DNA from: Fimicolochytrium jonesii
Taxonomy: Eukaryota
Length of the DNA: 64,000 bases
Assembly: GCF_025526975.1 (NCBI RefSeq)
Contig: NW_026515679.1
Span: forward strand, 496,001-560,000
Direction of reading: 5' to 3'
The notes below the pieces were generated by a model. It saw nothing but the letters and a program-made list of their open reading frames with translations, was not told the origin of the DNA and did no database searches. How positions within the stretch are numbered: the stretch's first letter is position 1; each line of letters begins with the position of its first letter. This document shows, piece after piece, positions 46,869 to 60,872 of the stretch. The translations under genes were made by a program, and so were the position numbers.

Positions 46869-49800
46869 TCACCCGCCCCTATCAGGAAACACAGGCACAT
46901 ACCCCCTCTCATCCGGCCGTCTCCCCAAATCCACCGCATCATCCACCCACTCATCTGCAACCACATGCACACGCCTATGAAACCTCCCCTTCATCTTCCC
47001 CAACACGACATTGATCGTGCGGATCCGATCATGCAGCACCTTTGTCGCGGAGGTCGTCAAATTTTGCTGTATCTGCTGTTTACTTTGCCCCGCTTCATTC
47101 CGCCGTTGAATCCCAGCGACAGCATCAAGGAACGCATCCTCCCCTCCCTCCCCCTCCCCCCGACCCTGCCCCGCCGCCATCAACCCCTCCCTCACCTCCT
47201 CGGCATCAACAACAACATGCGTGGTATGTTCCCCCAAAGCCCCACAAATAACCCCGCCTCTTGCCCTGATCTTAAGCGCCAGCACGTCCAGCCTCGAATC
47301 CAGCACACGGTCCTCCTGCGGGTTATCGTCCTCGGATTCTACAATGTGGGCATGCGTGCCGTCGGGGAGGGACCAGTCTACCCTTTGCGTTGGTGATGTG
47401 TCTGGTGAAGTGGCAAGGAGGGCCCCCACGACGCGAATGTCGGTGTATCGGTCAAGGTACACCCGACACGGTCTGAACAGGCCTCCCTCATGCGGTGCGT
47501 CGGTGAAGTACCGTTCCTCGATTTCCTGGATCGTGGTGAGGCGGGATACGGGGGAGGGTGGTCGGTTATCGTCTACGGCTTCATCGTCGTCTGATCTCCC
47601 CGTCGATTCGCCGCTATCCTTGTCAAAAAACGGTCGATTTACAGGCTCCAATTTTCGTTGTTTCCGCATCGTCCCCCGTTTCTTTTTAGTTGGATCTGAC
47701 TCCCACGCTGGCACCTCCATATGGCTAAACAGCTCCTTCAGGGTCGAGACTTTAAGGTCCTCGAAGTAGCTGTCGCCCCACTGGTCGGCGTTTTCTCTGA
47801 ACATGTGGAGGGTTTTAGGGGTGGCGTGGATCATGAAGCGGGGGCAGAGAGTGATGATTTCGCGGGCGGAGAGGCAAGCGGCGATGTAGCGGGATTTGAC
47901 GATGTCGTATTGGGCGGCTTTTTTGAGGTTGGACACCTTGAGGGCTGTGTGAAATCGAACATGCACACATCAATCGTTAGTGCTTGGCAGACTTAGGGGA
48001 CGAGCGACACTTACTGTGTTGGTCTGCGATAACCATCTTGGTTTGAGCAGTCGGGTTCTGTACCACATCCCCTCCATGTTGCGCAATCAGCGTCTCGATA
48101 GCCGCTTTATTGACACACAGATTCTTCGGCCCGTCTTTACTCGATTCCTCCGCTTCCCCCTCCGTCCCCGCCCCGGGTAACACACAGAACTGCATCCCTG
48201 TGAACAAATCATCACTCTTCGTTATGCGCGACACGTCAATGCCCATATGCTGTGCCGCCACCTTAATAGCGGAGGATAGTGCCGCCCGTCCTCGCCGCTG
48301 TTTCTTATTCGCAGGCCCATCCCCTTCCTCGCCCTCCGCGTCAAATTCCCCCTCAATCCCCTCCAGCCGTCTCCGCTTCTGCATCCCACCCCCCTGCACC
48401 CTCTGCAAAATCATCGAGAAAGTCGCCGCCTCATCCGGCGTCTTATCCTCCCTCATCGCCGCAAACCGGGGAAACCGTAACGTCCACCCGGCGCCATACG
48501 TGTCGGATTTGACAATCTCGAACGCTTTGATCTGCACTACGATAGCCTGCTCGGGCGAGGTGATGATATAGTCCGGTTTCTCTTTACTGTTCCGGGGATG
48601 CACGAACCACGCGGGCGGTTTGCGCGGGTCGTATTTCTGCCATAGGCCGTCGACGTTGCGGCGGGAGATGAGGTCGATTTGGTCGTCCTTGTAGCCTGTG
48701 CCGAATTTGCAGAAGCTGACGCACCGGCGGGATGGGGTGGTGCCTCCTGTTGTCGTGAAAGCGAGGCTGCTGCTGGCGGCAGGGGCGGTGACGCCGTCGG
48801 GTCGTGCGTCCTCCCATACGGCACACATGAACTGCGAAATCCTGCCTCCGCGGCGGCCTTGCCCGAACAACCCGCCCACGACCAGCAGGTCGATGTCGTT
48901 CCCGTAGCCGGCGAGGTAGTCGGCTTTCACCTTCACCCAGTCGGTGCTGATCCGTTTGGCGACCAGGTAGCTCGCGGAGGGGTTCTTGATGATCAGCCCT
49001 TCCTCGTTGCGTTCCATGCGCTCGTCTAGGGCATGGAAGATATCCTGCACTGTTTCGCCCACTGTGAAAGGGTTGATTTCCATATATGTGGGTTTGGCGC
49101 GGAACAGCGTTGGGAGAAGAGCGCGGCGTTCGCGGAGGGGCGTGGTGGCGAGGCTTTTGCCGTTGTAGTAGAGGACGTCAAAGACGTTGTAACAGATGCG
49201 AAGCTTGGCGTCGTTAACACCTAGCACCAGAACATCTTTGATAGCACTTTTCAACGACCCAAACGGCACATACACCTCCGTCTCTCGATCATACGCCAGC
49301 ATCTCCCCGTCCAGAATCATGCTCTGAACCTTAGGATCAATCAAATCGTGAATAGACGGCACCAAGGACCCCTCATCCTTGTTCGCGCCATACGAGGAGG
49401 TATAATCCTTCGCCTGTCTAGACCACCACTTGAACTTCGACCCAGCAGGCAACCGCTGCATATGCATCAGAATCCGCTCTCCATCCAGCTTGGTCTCGAT
49501 GTAGAACGGCTCATTGGTCATCAGTTTGGGCACCTCGCCCAGTCGCTGCACGCTGTGACAGAGCATGGGTGTGAAGGGTGTGAAGAGGGTGATTTCCTGC
49601 TGTCCTTGCCGTACCCGGGGATCCCTCAACTCAGACGTTACCCTCGACAACTCGTTGCAGATGTTGTATAGGTCCAGCGCATCCGGGTGCCACTCTTTCA
49701 AGATCGTGTTCTCCGATATTCCCAGCTTCATGTCTTTCAGGATAACCCTCGCGATCCACATCTGTTCCAACGGCGTGCAGTTCTTGAAAAAGTATCGTAT

Positions 49801-50286
49801 CACCTCCTGTCGTTCCCTTTGATCCATAGCTACAGTCAACAAGTCCAGCTGTTCATTCACATCCGCAATAGTCACACTGCTCTTATCTCGCACATTCGAC
49901 CGCGCTCTGAGGAGGTTATACAGAGCCCCGATGAAATCGCCCGCTGTCATCTTCCCACTCTTTCCCGGATTTTTCCAATTGAGCAAACTCTGCGCGTCGT
50001 TGGATTTGATGGAGAGGCCTAGGACGTCAACGTAGGTCTTTGCGAGCACTTTCTCTTTCATTTGGTAGCCTTTGCGTTCTTTGTCGAGGTGTGGTAATAT
50101 AAGTCTTAGAGCTGGGTAAAAGTCGCCGCCTGTCCGCCGCCACTCGTTGATGTACTGCCGTATCTTCTGCCTCTTTGCCTCGGTTCCCTTCTTCGTGGAG
50201 ATGCTTCTCAAGATTTGCGCTAGGTCATAGAAGGAAGCTTGCGATGCCGTGTCGGGCAACAGCGTTGCATTCGCCTGGCCGTCCAT
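46869..50286 (-). CDS. LIG4: DNA ligase IV with C-terminal BRCT domains, at least one intron
   Basis: ETKLDGER (catalytic Lys), ILDGEM, EEGLIIK, WVKVKADY, LRFPRF, BRCT regions. Start codon uncertain. Confidence 0.93.
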
Positions 50287-50856
50287 TTTGGTAGGGGACT
50301 TCTGCACTTGAAGTGACGCAGTGCTCTAGAGCTCCGGAGTTGGTTCTGTCGTGCAGGTGCAGGTCGAGCTACTCTCGCCTCCACTGTTGATGTTCAAGAT
50401 TACGGGGCTTCTGCTCAACGGTTGTGACCTGGTTGTGACCTCAGGTCGTGAGAAGTCGTTGGACGCGTTCCCCTCGTTCCGGCGTTTGCAGCAAGGCGAT
50501 GCGACGTGAGCACGGATTCCAGGCTATGCAACCATGAAGTATTCATCAACGACTCCAGAAGATACAGTACATATACAAATAGACACAGATACCCCATATC
50601 CCCACCCCCCCCCCCCCCCCGGCCCCACCCCGCCTCTACATATCACATCACATCACGTCCAGTCCCTGTCCTCACCCGCCCCCATTGGTACACCAATCGC
50701 CGCTAGACTCCCTTAAATACACGCCCCCCAAAAGAAACATCAGATACGCCATCAGAAGAACGCATCAGGGCCAAAGAGAGAGGCAGAAACGGAGAGTCGC
50801 TCGTGGCGTCCCATCTCCTTTCCTCCCAAGCCCACCATATTCCCATCCTTCCACAA

Positions 50857-53800
50857 TCAATCACGCGTCCTCCTCGACGAAACCCGTCCACTAGTGCGTC
50901 TCCCTACCGTTTCCTGTCCCGGCATCGCAGGCATGGCAGGGACCGACCGCACCGTGGGCGCCCCATTCTCTTTCTCATCCGCATCCCCTGTTTCTCCAAG
51001 AGTCGCTTCCGTCACAGCGTGCTTTTCGACCAACGCGGCGTCAATCTTTGCAAGGAGTGCGTCCAATGAGGGTGCTTCATTCGTCTCCTTCTCACGCGTC
51101 GCGGCAGCCGGGGTGAGCACGGTGTCGACCATTGCGGTGAGCTGCTCCAATGGTGTTGTTTCGTCCGCTTTGTCCAGTTCAGGTACCGTCGTGCCATTCG
51201 CGGCAGGCTCAGGCACGTCTGATGGGGCGGGTGCTCCTGCAGTAACTTCCGAGTTATCCGGTAACTCAGAAACTTGTGCAAGAGTAATGACAACCCCGAC
51301 TTCTTCCGTCTCAGAGACAGCCATACTGACGCTGTTTCTCGCGCTCCTTCTTGTCCGCGCCCCGTTCTTTTCCACAACAATCTCCTCGCTGGTTTCCTCC
51401 GCCACTGAAACCTGCTCGAAGGCCGGTTTGCCATCGCTTGCTGTGTCTCCATATATGCCCATGCTCACATCATCCGCCTGGGACGCGGCTTCAAGTTCCA
51501 CTGCCACCGCGGTGGCAGGTTCCACAGCTGCTGCGACACCAGCTTCTGCTTCTACCGCGGCGGCTTCCGCGGCAGCACCAGCCCGCGTGCGTCTCCTCTT
51601 CACATCCAATTTGCCATGACTCCCCTCGTGCAGACCGTTGAGCCCAGCTTTTCGTTGCTTTGGAGCAGGCGATGCGGCAACGATTTCCGCAGGAAGATTT
51701 TCAGGAACCCCATTTGTCGAGCTTGTCAACGAGATCTGTCTATCTACCGCCATCTCCTGAACCGAAACACCACTCTCCGTCCGTCTTCGCTTAGCACCCG
51801 AGCTGTCATCATCCTGCGCTTTCCGTGAGCTGGCACCATGCTCCTCCACACCCAGACTACGTCGCGTAGAGCCGCGCGTCCGAATCGGGGAAGCCGCACG
51901 TGCAATTTCCGCTCTTGTCCGCTTTTTACCGCCTCGCTTGGGACTGGTGGCCGGGGTCGATGTGACGGATTGTTGGTTCACGGTATCTTCAGATGTTGCC
52001 TGTGAAGTGGATACTTCGGCATTTTCTCTGCCCCTTTGGGCACTCCCGGGAGTCGATGTGACGCTTACATCCCCGACCATATCTTCCACCATCTCTCCAA
52101 TGGTTGAAAAAGCGCCCTCATTGTTGGCAGTACCGCCCTCCACATCATCCACCTCCATCGCCACCTCCTCAACAATCTCCGTATCAACAGTCACACCACT
52201 ATCCGAATCATCCTTCGCCGCAGGCGACGGCAGCGTGCTGTCCGCATCCGCGCGCGGAAGGCCAGCAACCGCGAACGCAGCCCTAGATGAGCGGAGCGAT
52301 CGGAACGTCCGTTTCACGACGCTTGCGACGGCGGGGACGACGTTCCATATGTCGGAGGATGCGTCTTCGATGGCAGCCGGGAGGATAGGCTCTACAGACA
52401 TGCTGCCACTGTTAATCAGCGAAGAACGCGAGCAAGCTGCTGGAGACTGAAGCCCCTTCGCTGGCGCCGCCAACTTGCCAGAGCGCGACCGCGACTGTCG
52501 ATCTGCAGTTCTCCGTAACGATCTGCCCGTCTCCTCAACCTCAGCCCCAAGCTTCACATCCTCCGCCGGCGGAATGACAGTATCGTCCTCCACACCTGCC
52601 ACAATCCTCAGATCCCGGATTATCTCATCCAACGACCGCGTCCGACGCGCCACAATCTGCTTCCTGCTCATCCTCTGTTCCCCGAACCTACTCGGCGACG
52701 ACGCCGCAGTAACCGCGGGTGACGACCGCATCGAGCTCCCTTCCCCATCCTCATCCACCTCCACAATGCGTCCCGACCGCGTCTTCCCCTCCGCAACCGC
52801 ACTGGCACCTCTCGCCGCGGCAACAATCTCCTTCCAGCTCGAGAGATTCTTCTTGACATGCCATTTGAGCGAGACCCGGAATGCGCGTAGGGAGAAGATG
52901 CGGAGGTGCGCGTACTGGGCGTAATGCTTGATCATAACATTGCGGTAGGCGGTGATCAGGTGCTCGCGGCGGTGTTTGCGGAGCCAGAAATCGCGTTCGG
53001 CGTTGGGTTTCTTTACGGGGAGCTTTTTCTTCTGGGAAGTCCTCGGTGTAAGAATTGTTGATGCTGGGTCGGTGATGTCCTCGCACATTACGGATCCTTC
53101 GGCTGAAGAGACCGACTCCATCCTCGGAAGCGGAAGTCGTTTGGCTTTGGGTTTTTTCTTCCCGCTCTTCCCTTTGTCTGGGGTGCCCGTTTGATTCGCC
53201 TCCTCTGCAGCTATGAACAAATGGGACATGTATATGAAAAGAATGTTCCGGAATTCCCTCAAGAAACGACTCCGGCGGCAGGCTGCCACAATCATAACCT
53301 GTACACCAACCTTTCTTCGCAGCATCCTTCGCTTCCTTCTTGTTGACCCCAATGAATCCTGCAATGAAACCCCACATCATTAGCACTCGAGCATGTATCG
53401 CATCAATGCTATCAGTAACTGCAGCCGGATTACCTCTACACTTGCTCGCCCCGCATAGACATTTTTGCATAGGGCCATAAGACTCAAATCGATAATCGTA
53501 AGTCAACTCCTGCCCTTCCTCGATCTCGCGGTTCGAGAATATGCCAACACGGCATTCGCCATCCACCTCCCTACAAGGTCGTGTCAGACGTGTTGAAGAA
53601 GCCAAAGTAGCTATGCAGCCAACGAAAGGGGGGACTCGCACGAACCATTTCTCAATACGACAGTTCGGCTCGCAGCTATGATTGACAAAACGAGCCTCCG
53701 TGCCCTTCCGGCAAGCGTCGATAACCTCTCCTTTGCCGTAATTCAGGAAATAATGGTTCTCATATCCCTTATATATCGTCTGCATCCGTTCGATGCACGT

Positions 53801-55123
53801 CTCGTCGGAGATGATCTCGCCTCGATACTCAATGACCATCTGGTTCCGCGGGATTTTCGTTTTCACCTTGAGACCGTATCCACGGCCGTTGGTCCAAAAC
53901 AGGTCGAGATAAGAGGGTAAAGCCGAGGTATCTTGGTTGCGGAATTGCTGGTTCATGCAGTTGTCTCCCGCTGGACAGTATTTGGGGTGGCATTCGATCA
54001 TCGTGCACCAGTTGAGGCAGTTGTCGGTACAGGCCGGCCCTCCGTCGGCCGGAACATCACAACGGCAGATGGGGATCTCCCATTCCTTTGGCTTGTAGGG
54101 TTTGCGTTCGACAAAGATATTCCGGGGTATCCGGACAAACGGGGATGGGAGCTTTGCGGGTGGAGGTGTAGGTAGGGAAGCGCGATGTTTGTTGAGGCAC
54201 TCCTCGACGCCGCCTGAGGCTTCGATGAATTTGTGAATGTCGTAAGGAAGTTCAAAGTCGTCTCCTTCATCCATCATCTTTAGTCCGTGGTACATAGGTA
54301 GAGGGAATGCTGAACGGTGTGATGTGCTGCCTTTTGCCGCTGGGGGTTTTGCTTGCTTAGAGACCTTGCGGTGTCGCCCGGAATTCCGAGAAGGAGACTC
54401 GTTTTCTACATCAACTCCAGCGATAACGCCCCTCTTGAACGCGCTGGAGTAGAAACCAGCAGCAAGATAGGCTTTTTTCGCGTAAAGTTCCTGCACCTCA
54501 GCAAGTTTCGTCCATCGCTCTTCGGCCTCGCGTGCGTACTTCCCTGGTGGTTTCGGAGGCACTGGAGGCGGCGAAGGCGAAACCACTTCTTCAACAGGGT
54601 ACGTCTTTCGACGCTTCCGTCCGGGGTCCAAGGAAAGCTTCTTCTTGAATTTCATAGACGAACTCGATTTCCGTCGCTTCTTGGACTTTCCGCTGCTTTC
54701 CCTTTCCTCCGACTCTTCCTTCTCAAGCGGTCGCCTATAGTGGACCCATCCGTACAGCTCTTCGGGCAAATCTACCTTCGCAACGCGTCGCTTCAGTCTT
54801 GCGCTCTCCAGTGTTGCTGAACCTGAAGAGCACTGTTTGCGAATTCCATACTGAAGGAGCAACTCAGCAACTGCGTTGGTATCGTAGGCACTCTCCCCAT
54901 TCTCCAGGCCCACTGCATCGCAAAACAGTAATGGCACGTCCTGCTTGAAGAATTTCCGAATCTGCACCCGAGCCGCGTCCTTCGTCATTTGCTGCAAAGA
55001 CAAGGCTTTTGCGGCCGCCAACCTAGCCGAGAAGCAGTTCTTGTTTTTGAACGACGGAGAACGAGGCTTTCCTTGAGATGAACCGGTCGACTTCTTTGGG
55101 CTTACTAGTTCAGCGGTTGACAT
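50857..55123 (-). CDS. ASH1-like SET-domain histone H3K36 methyltransferase with a long disordered C-terminus, multi-exon
   Basis: AWS Cys cluster, GRGYGL, IEYRGEII, IDACRKGTEARFVNHSCEPNC, ELTYDY, post-SET CLCGASKCRG, and YLAAGFYS plus FELPYDI motifs. Start uncertain. Confidence 0.85.
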
Positions 55124-55483
55124 TCCCAATGTGCTAAGGATGATGGGAAGAGAGGGGGTTTCGGACAAAAGAGACACCTGGTAAAGAGCCGGCCCGCCGA
55201 CGCCGATGGTGGGAGCTCACGCGGATAAGTTCTCCAGTAAGAGAACGACCTTGGAGTGCACCTACTGTACTAACCCCGACCCTGGTTCGTTTGGAGGCCT
55301 GTTATTGCAGGTGCTCCGTCTGTCAGTCCGGGGGAAGAATTCTGAGAGAAATGCTGAGTGAAATGGATGTCTTGTGCTTACAGGCGCGTCTCCCCGGAAT
55401 CTCGCTTGCTTTTCCAACTCGCTTCTTTCCCTGCTTTCTGCTCGGTCATTGAAAGTGCAAAAAACAGACTTCTTTCGCACCCC

Positions 55484-57166
55484 ATGGACGACCAGGACTT
55501 CCTCGCTAACGACGACGACGACGACTACGACTATGAACGGACTCAGCGCGCCGCTAGAAACCTCGCGGCCCTCAGAGCTCCAGTCACTTACAATATCGAG
55601 TTCGAGAAACTATTCAGTCGGTGCCACCCAATGCCTTGCAGAATGTCACACTTGAGCGCTCAGTTGGACAGCTGACCGGGTGTTTCGTCCACAGATTTTA
55701 TGGAAGCTGGCATTATCGATTTAGAAGCGCCTTATCAGGTTCGTGGCAGTCTGCATACCGTGAGGTCACATTCCAACCTCTAACCTCTGACCGACGGGTT
55801 CCCGCTTCTGCAGAGAGAAGTTGTTTGGAACGGTATAGGGCTTTGTTTGATTGAATGAATCGCTGAGGAAGGCGACACTGAACCCTTGCCGTAATCAGAC
55901 GGGAAGCAAGGGCATCTGATAGATTGTAAGTGGGCCGCACACTGTCTGCGGACCTCTGACGCATCCTAATAAAGCCATTGATGTGATGTTGCAGCACTCG
56001 TAAAGAACTACTATGTTCCCCCCGCGATCTTCTCAATACGGTGAGTGCAGGGACATAAGGCTGTGGAGCAGCTGAGTGCTTGATGCTAAGATGCCTTCCA
56101 GGGAGAATCCCCTCGCAGAACATGACATCAGGATGGCCATCGATGGGAAGCAGCGTTTGACCTCCATACACAAGTATGTGCCTGTTTACCCCCGAAGGTT
56201 ACAGCTCCTCCACCGTAGAAGCTGAATACCACCTCCAGCTTCATGCACAACAGGATACCGCAGATCGACTCGGCCGACGGAATGAGAATCTGGTTCTCGC
56301 ATCGGACGAGGGTCGGAGCAAAAAACCGGGTCATGACCGAGCTGGAACGGAAGGAGTTCAAAAGTAAAATACTGACGTGCGTGGAGTACCGCCAACTGAG
56401 CGAGGAACAGGAGCAGGAGATCTTCCGCAGAGTACAACTCGGTAAACTCTTGCGTTATCGCTTTTGAAGGACTCGGGGTTCAATGGTGTATCTCACAACC
56501 TCAATTACATCGTTAGGCATGGCTCTGAGCACAGCCGAGAAGTTGTTTGCGAACCCGGGCCCGCTGGCTGACTTTGTACGAGAGCTCATGGACGTGCGTA
56601 TCGCTCCAGCACCCTTCACTTCTCCAGTATCCTAATCACATTTCTGATTCTTTCCGCATCGTGCTGTCTCTTCCCAGACCTTCAAAGACCTCTGCTCAAT
56701 GGTGGACTCGAAACGCAAAGTATCCTTTCAAATTCTCCTCCAAGTCTACCTCACGGTCGTGGAAAAGCCCCGGAAAATCTGCTCCGCCAAAGAACTGGAA
56801 ACAAAGCTGAGCAAGAGGGAGGATGTGGAGGAGAAGGACCAGATCTTGCTCAAGAGCGTGTTGGACATTTTCACAAACTTTATCAAGAAGTATCCCGATG
56901 TGTGGACAACGCCTACTAAGATGGCGGTGAGTACTTAGCTGTCTGTCAGTTTATGGTGTCCGCAACACTTACTGTGTCACCTCCCCCAGCCAATCGAATT
57001 CATAATGTGCGCCTACCTCATCGCCACAAAGGACTCCTCAGAAGCCGAGATTGCAGAAAACATCATCAAGATGCGAAAGAAGATTCGCGAGAACTTCATC
57101 GATGTTCGCTCGAATCAGCGGCTGTACGCGTTCATTAAGGATTATATCGACAACAAGATTGAGTAG
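55484..57166 (+). CDS. DUF262 (GmrSD N-terminal, ParB/Srx-fold) domain protein, many small exons
   Basis: Spliced: IDLEAPYQREVVWNDGKQGHLIDSLVKNYYVPPAIFS..AIDGKQRLTSI..EQEIFRRVQLGMALS. This matches the QR, DGQQR and FxxxN-like motifs. Most of it is not visible in the ORF track. Confidence 0.85.
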
Positions 57167-57539
57167 GCTGGTATCGGCTTGGCCGTGGAGGACGGTAATG
57201 GGGTGACAACGCAGCGTATGGTCTCTCCCCTTTTGCAGTTAAGGGGGTTACCGTGGCGTAGGATGTGTGTACATCGTTTACATACGTAGTTTTGTGCATG
57301 TGTGCTTGGAGTCGAATTCTGAATCCTTCATCTGAAATAGAGATCATCCTGGTTTTGCGATTGTGCATTTATTGTTCATAGACACCAGCCACGACACTAG
57401 GGAAGTTTATGCTATCGAGAAGGTACTGTACTGCCTGATACGTGTACGGGTACAGAAAGGATAACCCAAAAAAAAAATTATGGTAGGCAAAGCCAGGGGT
57501 ATATATACGGGCCAAATGCCCATCCGATAAGGGCTGTGA

Positions 57540-58793
57540 TCACGCCTGCCGCAGATATTCACAAGCAGAACACATCCGAAACATCTCGGAGTTAATAAAC
57601 GTGCATCGTGAACAAGCCCATCCCTCCACTTCCGTTCGCGATACTTCCCTTTCCATCCCTTTGGAGCGTTTAGGCGGCGGTGTTTCCGGCCGGTTAGTCG
57701 CGCATGCCTCGCATTGCAGGACCATTGGCCGATTGAGAAGGGTGCAGAGCGGACATGGCCACTGGGTGTCTGCGGATGCTGTGCGGGTATGATGCTGGCC
57801 AGAAGCGATGGAAGAGTTCCGCGGCCGTTTCCGGTCCTTATCGGTCGACGTGTTGGCTGACGATTCTCCTTTGATTTGTGGTCCTGTATCGTCATTCTCG
57901 TCGTCGATCCATATTGGTTCCGTCCATACGCTTTTCGGCGGAGGTTTGTAGGTACCGGCTGCCTCTTTCGTATCCCGTGAGCTCGAGGTTTCCAAACGAG
58001 GCGGTACATCTTCATCGTCATCCAACACCCAGATAGGCTCATTCGCAGCCGGGGTTGTCGCATTCACCGCGCTCCCATCCCCGACATCCTCCTCAACATA
58101 ATCCCCTTCATCCGCCTTCCCACCCGCATCGCCCTCCTTCTCCGATCCATGCTGCGCGTTCCCACACCATATCGCATCCTTCGCCCTCCGTTCCGCCGCC
58201 ATCGCCGCCGCCTGGGCTGGCGACAGCCCTAGCTCTTTCAGCGGCACGCCCTCGGAGCCCCCAAGTCGCCGGCCGCCAGCGGGGATCATGACCTCGTTAA
58301 TCTTCCTCCGCTTCTCAGCAGCCTCCATAGCCTTCTGTCTCGCCAAATGCGGTGGCAAGTCATGTCCAACACCCTGCCCAACCCGCTTCCCCGGCGCAAA
58401 GAACCCATCCCCCTTCCACCCCTTCGCCACCAACTCATCATACTCCTTATTCAACCCATCCAGAAACTGATAAAACTTCGCGTCATGCGGCCCGCGCACG
58501 ATATGCGTCAGCTCATGCAACATGGTCCCCAGCACGAAAACCATATCGTAGAACGAGTCCGGGTCGCGCGCCGGTCGCAATCGGATTCGGATTTCGAGGC
58601 CGCGGTTGACGTTGAGCCCGAGGAGGTTGGGTTGGGTGGGGAAGAATTCGCGCAGGGTTTTGACGTGGAAGTTGTGGGCGCGCATGAGAGGTTTGACGAG
58701 GGAGGCGATGCGGTGGAGGATGTGGAGGGCTGAGGAATGGTTTTTGTACTTTTTGAGGGCGGTGACGTGGGTTATGTGTTCGTTGAAGGCCAT
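57540..58793 (-). CDS. WSS1: Wss1 DNA-protein crosslink metalloprotease (WLM domain plus two RanBP2-type zinc fingers), intronless
   Basis: LREFFP..LLGLNVNRG..IRLR, TMLHELTHIVRGPHDAKFY (HExxH), WPCPLCT..CEAC and WACSRCT..CSAC. Confidence 0.93.
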   Translation of the reverse strand: MAFNEHITHVTALKKYKNHSSALHILHRIASLVKPLMRAHNFHVKTLREFFPTQPNLLGLNVNRGLEIRIRLRPARDPDSFYDMVFVLGTMLHELTHIVRGPHDAKFYQFLDGLNKEYDELVAKGWKGDGFFAPGKRVGQGVGHDLPPHLARQKAMEAAEKRRKINEVMIPAGGRRLGGSEGVPLKELGLSPAQAAAMAAERRAKDAIWCGNAQHGSEKEGDAGGKADEGDYVEEDVGDGSAVNATTPAANEPIWVLDDDEDVPPRLETSSSRDTKEAAGTYKPPPKSVWTEPIWIDDENDDTGPQIKGESSANTSTDKDRKRPRNSSIASGQHHTRTASADTQWPCPLCTLLNRPMVLQCEACATNRPETPPPKRSKGMEREVSRTEVEGWACSRCTFINSEMFRMCSACEYLRQA

Positions 58794-59970
58794 GGTTGCG
58801 AGGATATGTGGGGACAAACGACGAAGCAGCCACAGGGGACTACAGGACGGAGTAACAGTACAGTACTCGCTAAAAAGGGCCCTGTGCTTCTCGATAGTGG
58901 TGGCAGCGGGCCTTCCCGGACGTGTAATACTGTACCCTTGGCTGTACCCTTGTTCCCCTGTCGGTGTCTCAGCGGTGTCTCTGAGTTTGCGTCCCTTCGC
59001 GGGCCCAGGGCTGGGCCCAGGGGCAAACGAGCGTAAGCGAACGCGCGCGGCAAGCAAGCAGCGCAGGAATATAAAAGAGCACCCTCATCCGCATGCCCTC
59101 TCAACTTTTCTTCAACCAGCTTTCACCACTTCCGGCTATCCATTAGTACCCTTGGAGTTGACCACGTTGGGTCGGGCTTCGGTGCTCTGGAAGGAACAAG
59201 AGCAGGGGCGATGTGGTCGCTGGTTAAGAGAAATCTAGACCCTTCGCAGCGGGTTGGACATCCCGTCGCATCGTCCCTTGGTCGTGATGGCCGGTTGGGG
59301 TGGAATGCTGGTTTTACCATCGAACTATGTGGAGGATTGTGTGGAGGATTGCGGCCGCTATGAGAAAACGATAGAGGTACGTGCATTTGCTTTTCGCCGT
59401 TCTTCAAATACGTTAGGCGATTGTACTATTGTCAATCGGCTAACTAATGAGCCTACGGTGGTCCCAAGCCCACAAACCTCTTTCGAGAGGGAATCCAGAG
59501 GGGTTAGCACTAACTTGTACTCGTCGAAAACTCCTATCTGCTATAATATTGTCAAAGCCTTGCGATCCTGTAATATACAGTACATTCTTTCAATATATAA
59601 TTTGTACATCGTAAGAATGCCCTGTCTTGACCATCGAGTTGAAAACCAGCCCTTGAGCGCTCAGACGTCTGCTCCATGTAACAAATCCATCCAGTGCTGA
59701 ACGCCTCTTCGGGTTCTCCGGAGCTCCAGCAATGCGGCCAATGCTCACGGAAGCTCTGGTGTGTGCAAAGCGGGTGGATGACGTCTGGCAACGGCGGCGA
59801 CGATGAGCTTGATCAGTCGATAGCGGTTGTTGGAGACGTTTGTTCGCGAAGTTCAAGAGTCTGCTTTTCCGTGTGAACTTACCTCCACTCCAGTAGCCCC
59901 CAATTAGCCCCATTCCCCACATGATTCCTCACGTTCCCAATTGTTTCACAAACGCAGAACATCGCCCACC

Positions 59971-60872
59971 ATGCTCCTGAAAGAGACCTACCCAATCGAC
60001 CTGCCCACCTCCACAACCCCCATCCGCGTCTTCATCACCGAGCCCTCCCTCCCCTCCCACCCCACCGCGCGCTTTCCCGCCGTCATAGTCTGGTCCGAGA
60101 TCTACCAAGTCACTGGCCCCGTCGCCCGCTTCGCCTCCCAGATCGCCGCCCACGGGTACATCGTCGCGTGCCCGAGCGTCTACCACGAGTTTGAAGGGCC
60201 TGAGCCGCTGGCGTATGATGTGAAGGGGACAGATAGGGGAAATGAGTTGAAGGTGAAGAAGGAGTTGAGGGCGTATGATGAGGATGCGAGGGTGGTGGTG
60301 GATTGGCTAGGGGGGTTAGAGCGGTGTACGGGGAGGATTGGGACGACGGGGATGTGTTTGGGGGGGCATTTGGCTTTTAGGGTATGTACCGCAAGGAAAG
60401 ATGGGAGTTCGTACGTGCAGCATCTCAAACTCAGACCACTCCACAGACGGCCTTCGACAAGCGTGTAACCGCCGCCGTCTGTTTCTTCCCCACCGACATC
60501 CACAGCAGCACCCTGGGCACCATCCCCGCCGGCGATACCGTCACCAAAGACTCGCTCACCCTCGTCCGTTCCGGCGCCCTCTCCCACGCCGAACTCCTCA
60601 TCCTCCTCGGCAAGCAAGACACGCACATCCCGCGGGCAGGGCGGGACCTCATCCGCGCTACCTTGGAGGACGCGAACGTGGTCGTGACGTGGTGCGAGTT
60701 TCATCATGCCCAGCATGCGTATATTAGGGACACATCGTCGAAGGGCCGGTATGATGCGGTGTTGACCGGGTTGTGCTTTCAGCAGATGTTAGAGGTGTTT
60801 TATAGGACGCTGGTGATTGATTTGGGTGGGGGAGAGAGGGTGGCTGCTAAGGCGCCTGTGCATGTTTGCTGA
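59971..60872 (+). CDS. Dienelactone hydrolase family protein, one intron
   Basis: WSEIYQVTGPV, GMCLGGHLAFR (GxCxGG nucleophile), GKQDTHIP, AQHAYIRD. Confidence 0.9.

Noticed and set aside
50894..52924. Long + strand ORFs (and many similar ones in the ORF track)
   Set aside because: They are antisense shadows of GC-rich real genes, with no independent motifs.
20316..58793. MPG, LIG4 and WSS1 as a DNA-repair cluster
   Set aside because: They are spread over about 38 kb among unrelated genes, consistent with chance.
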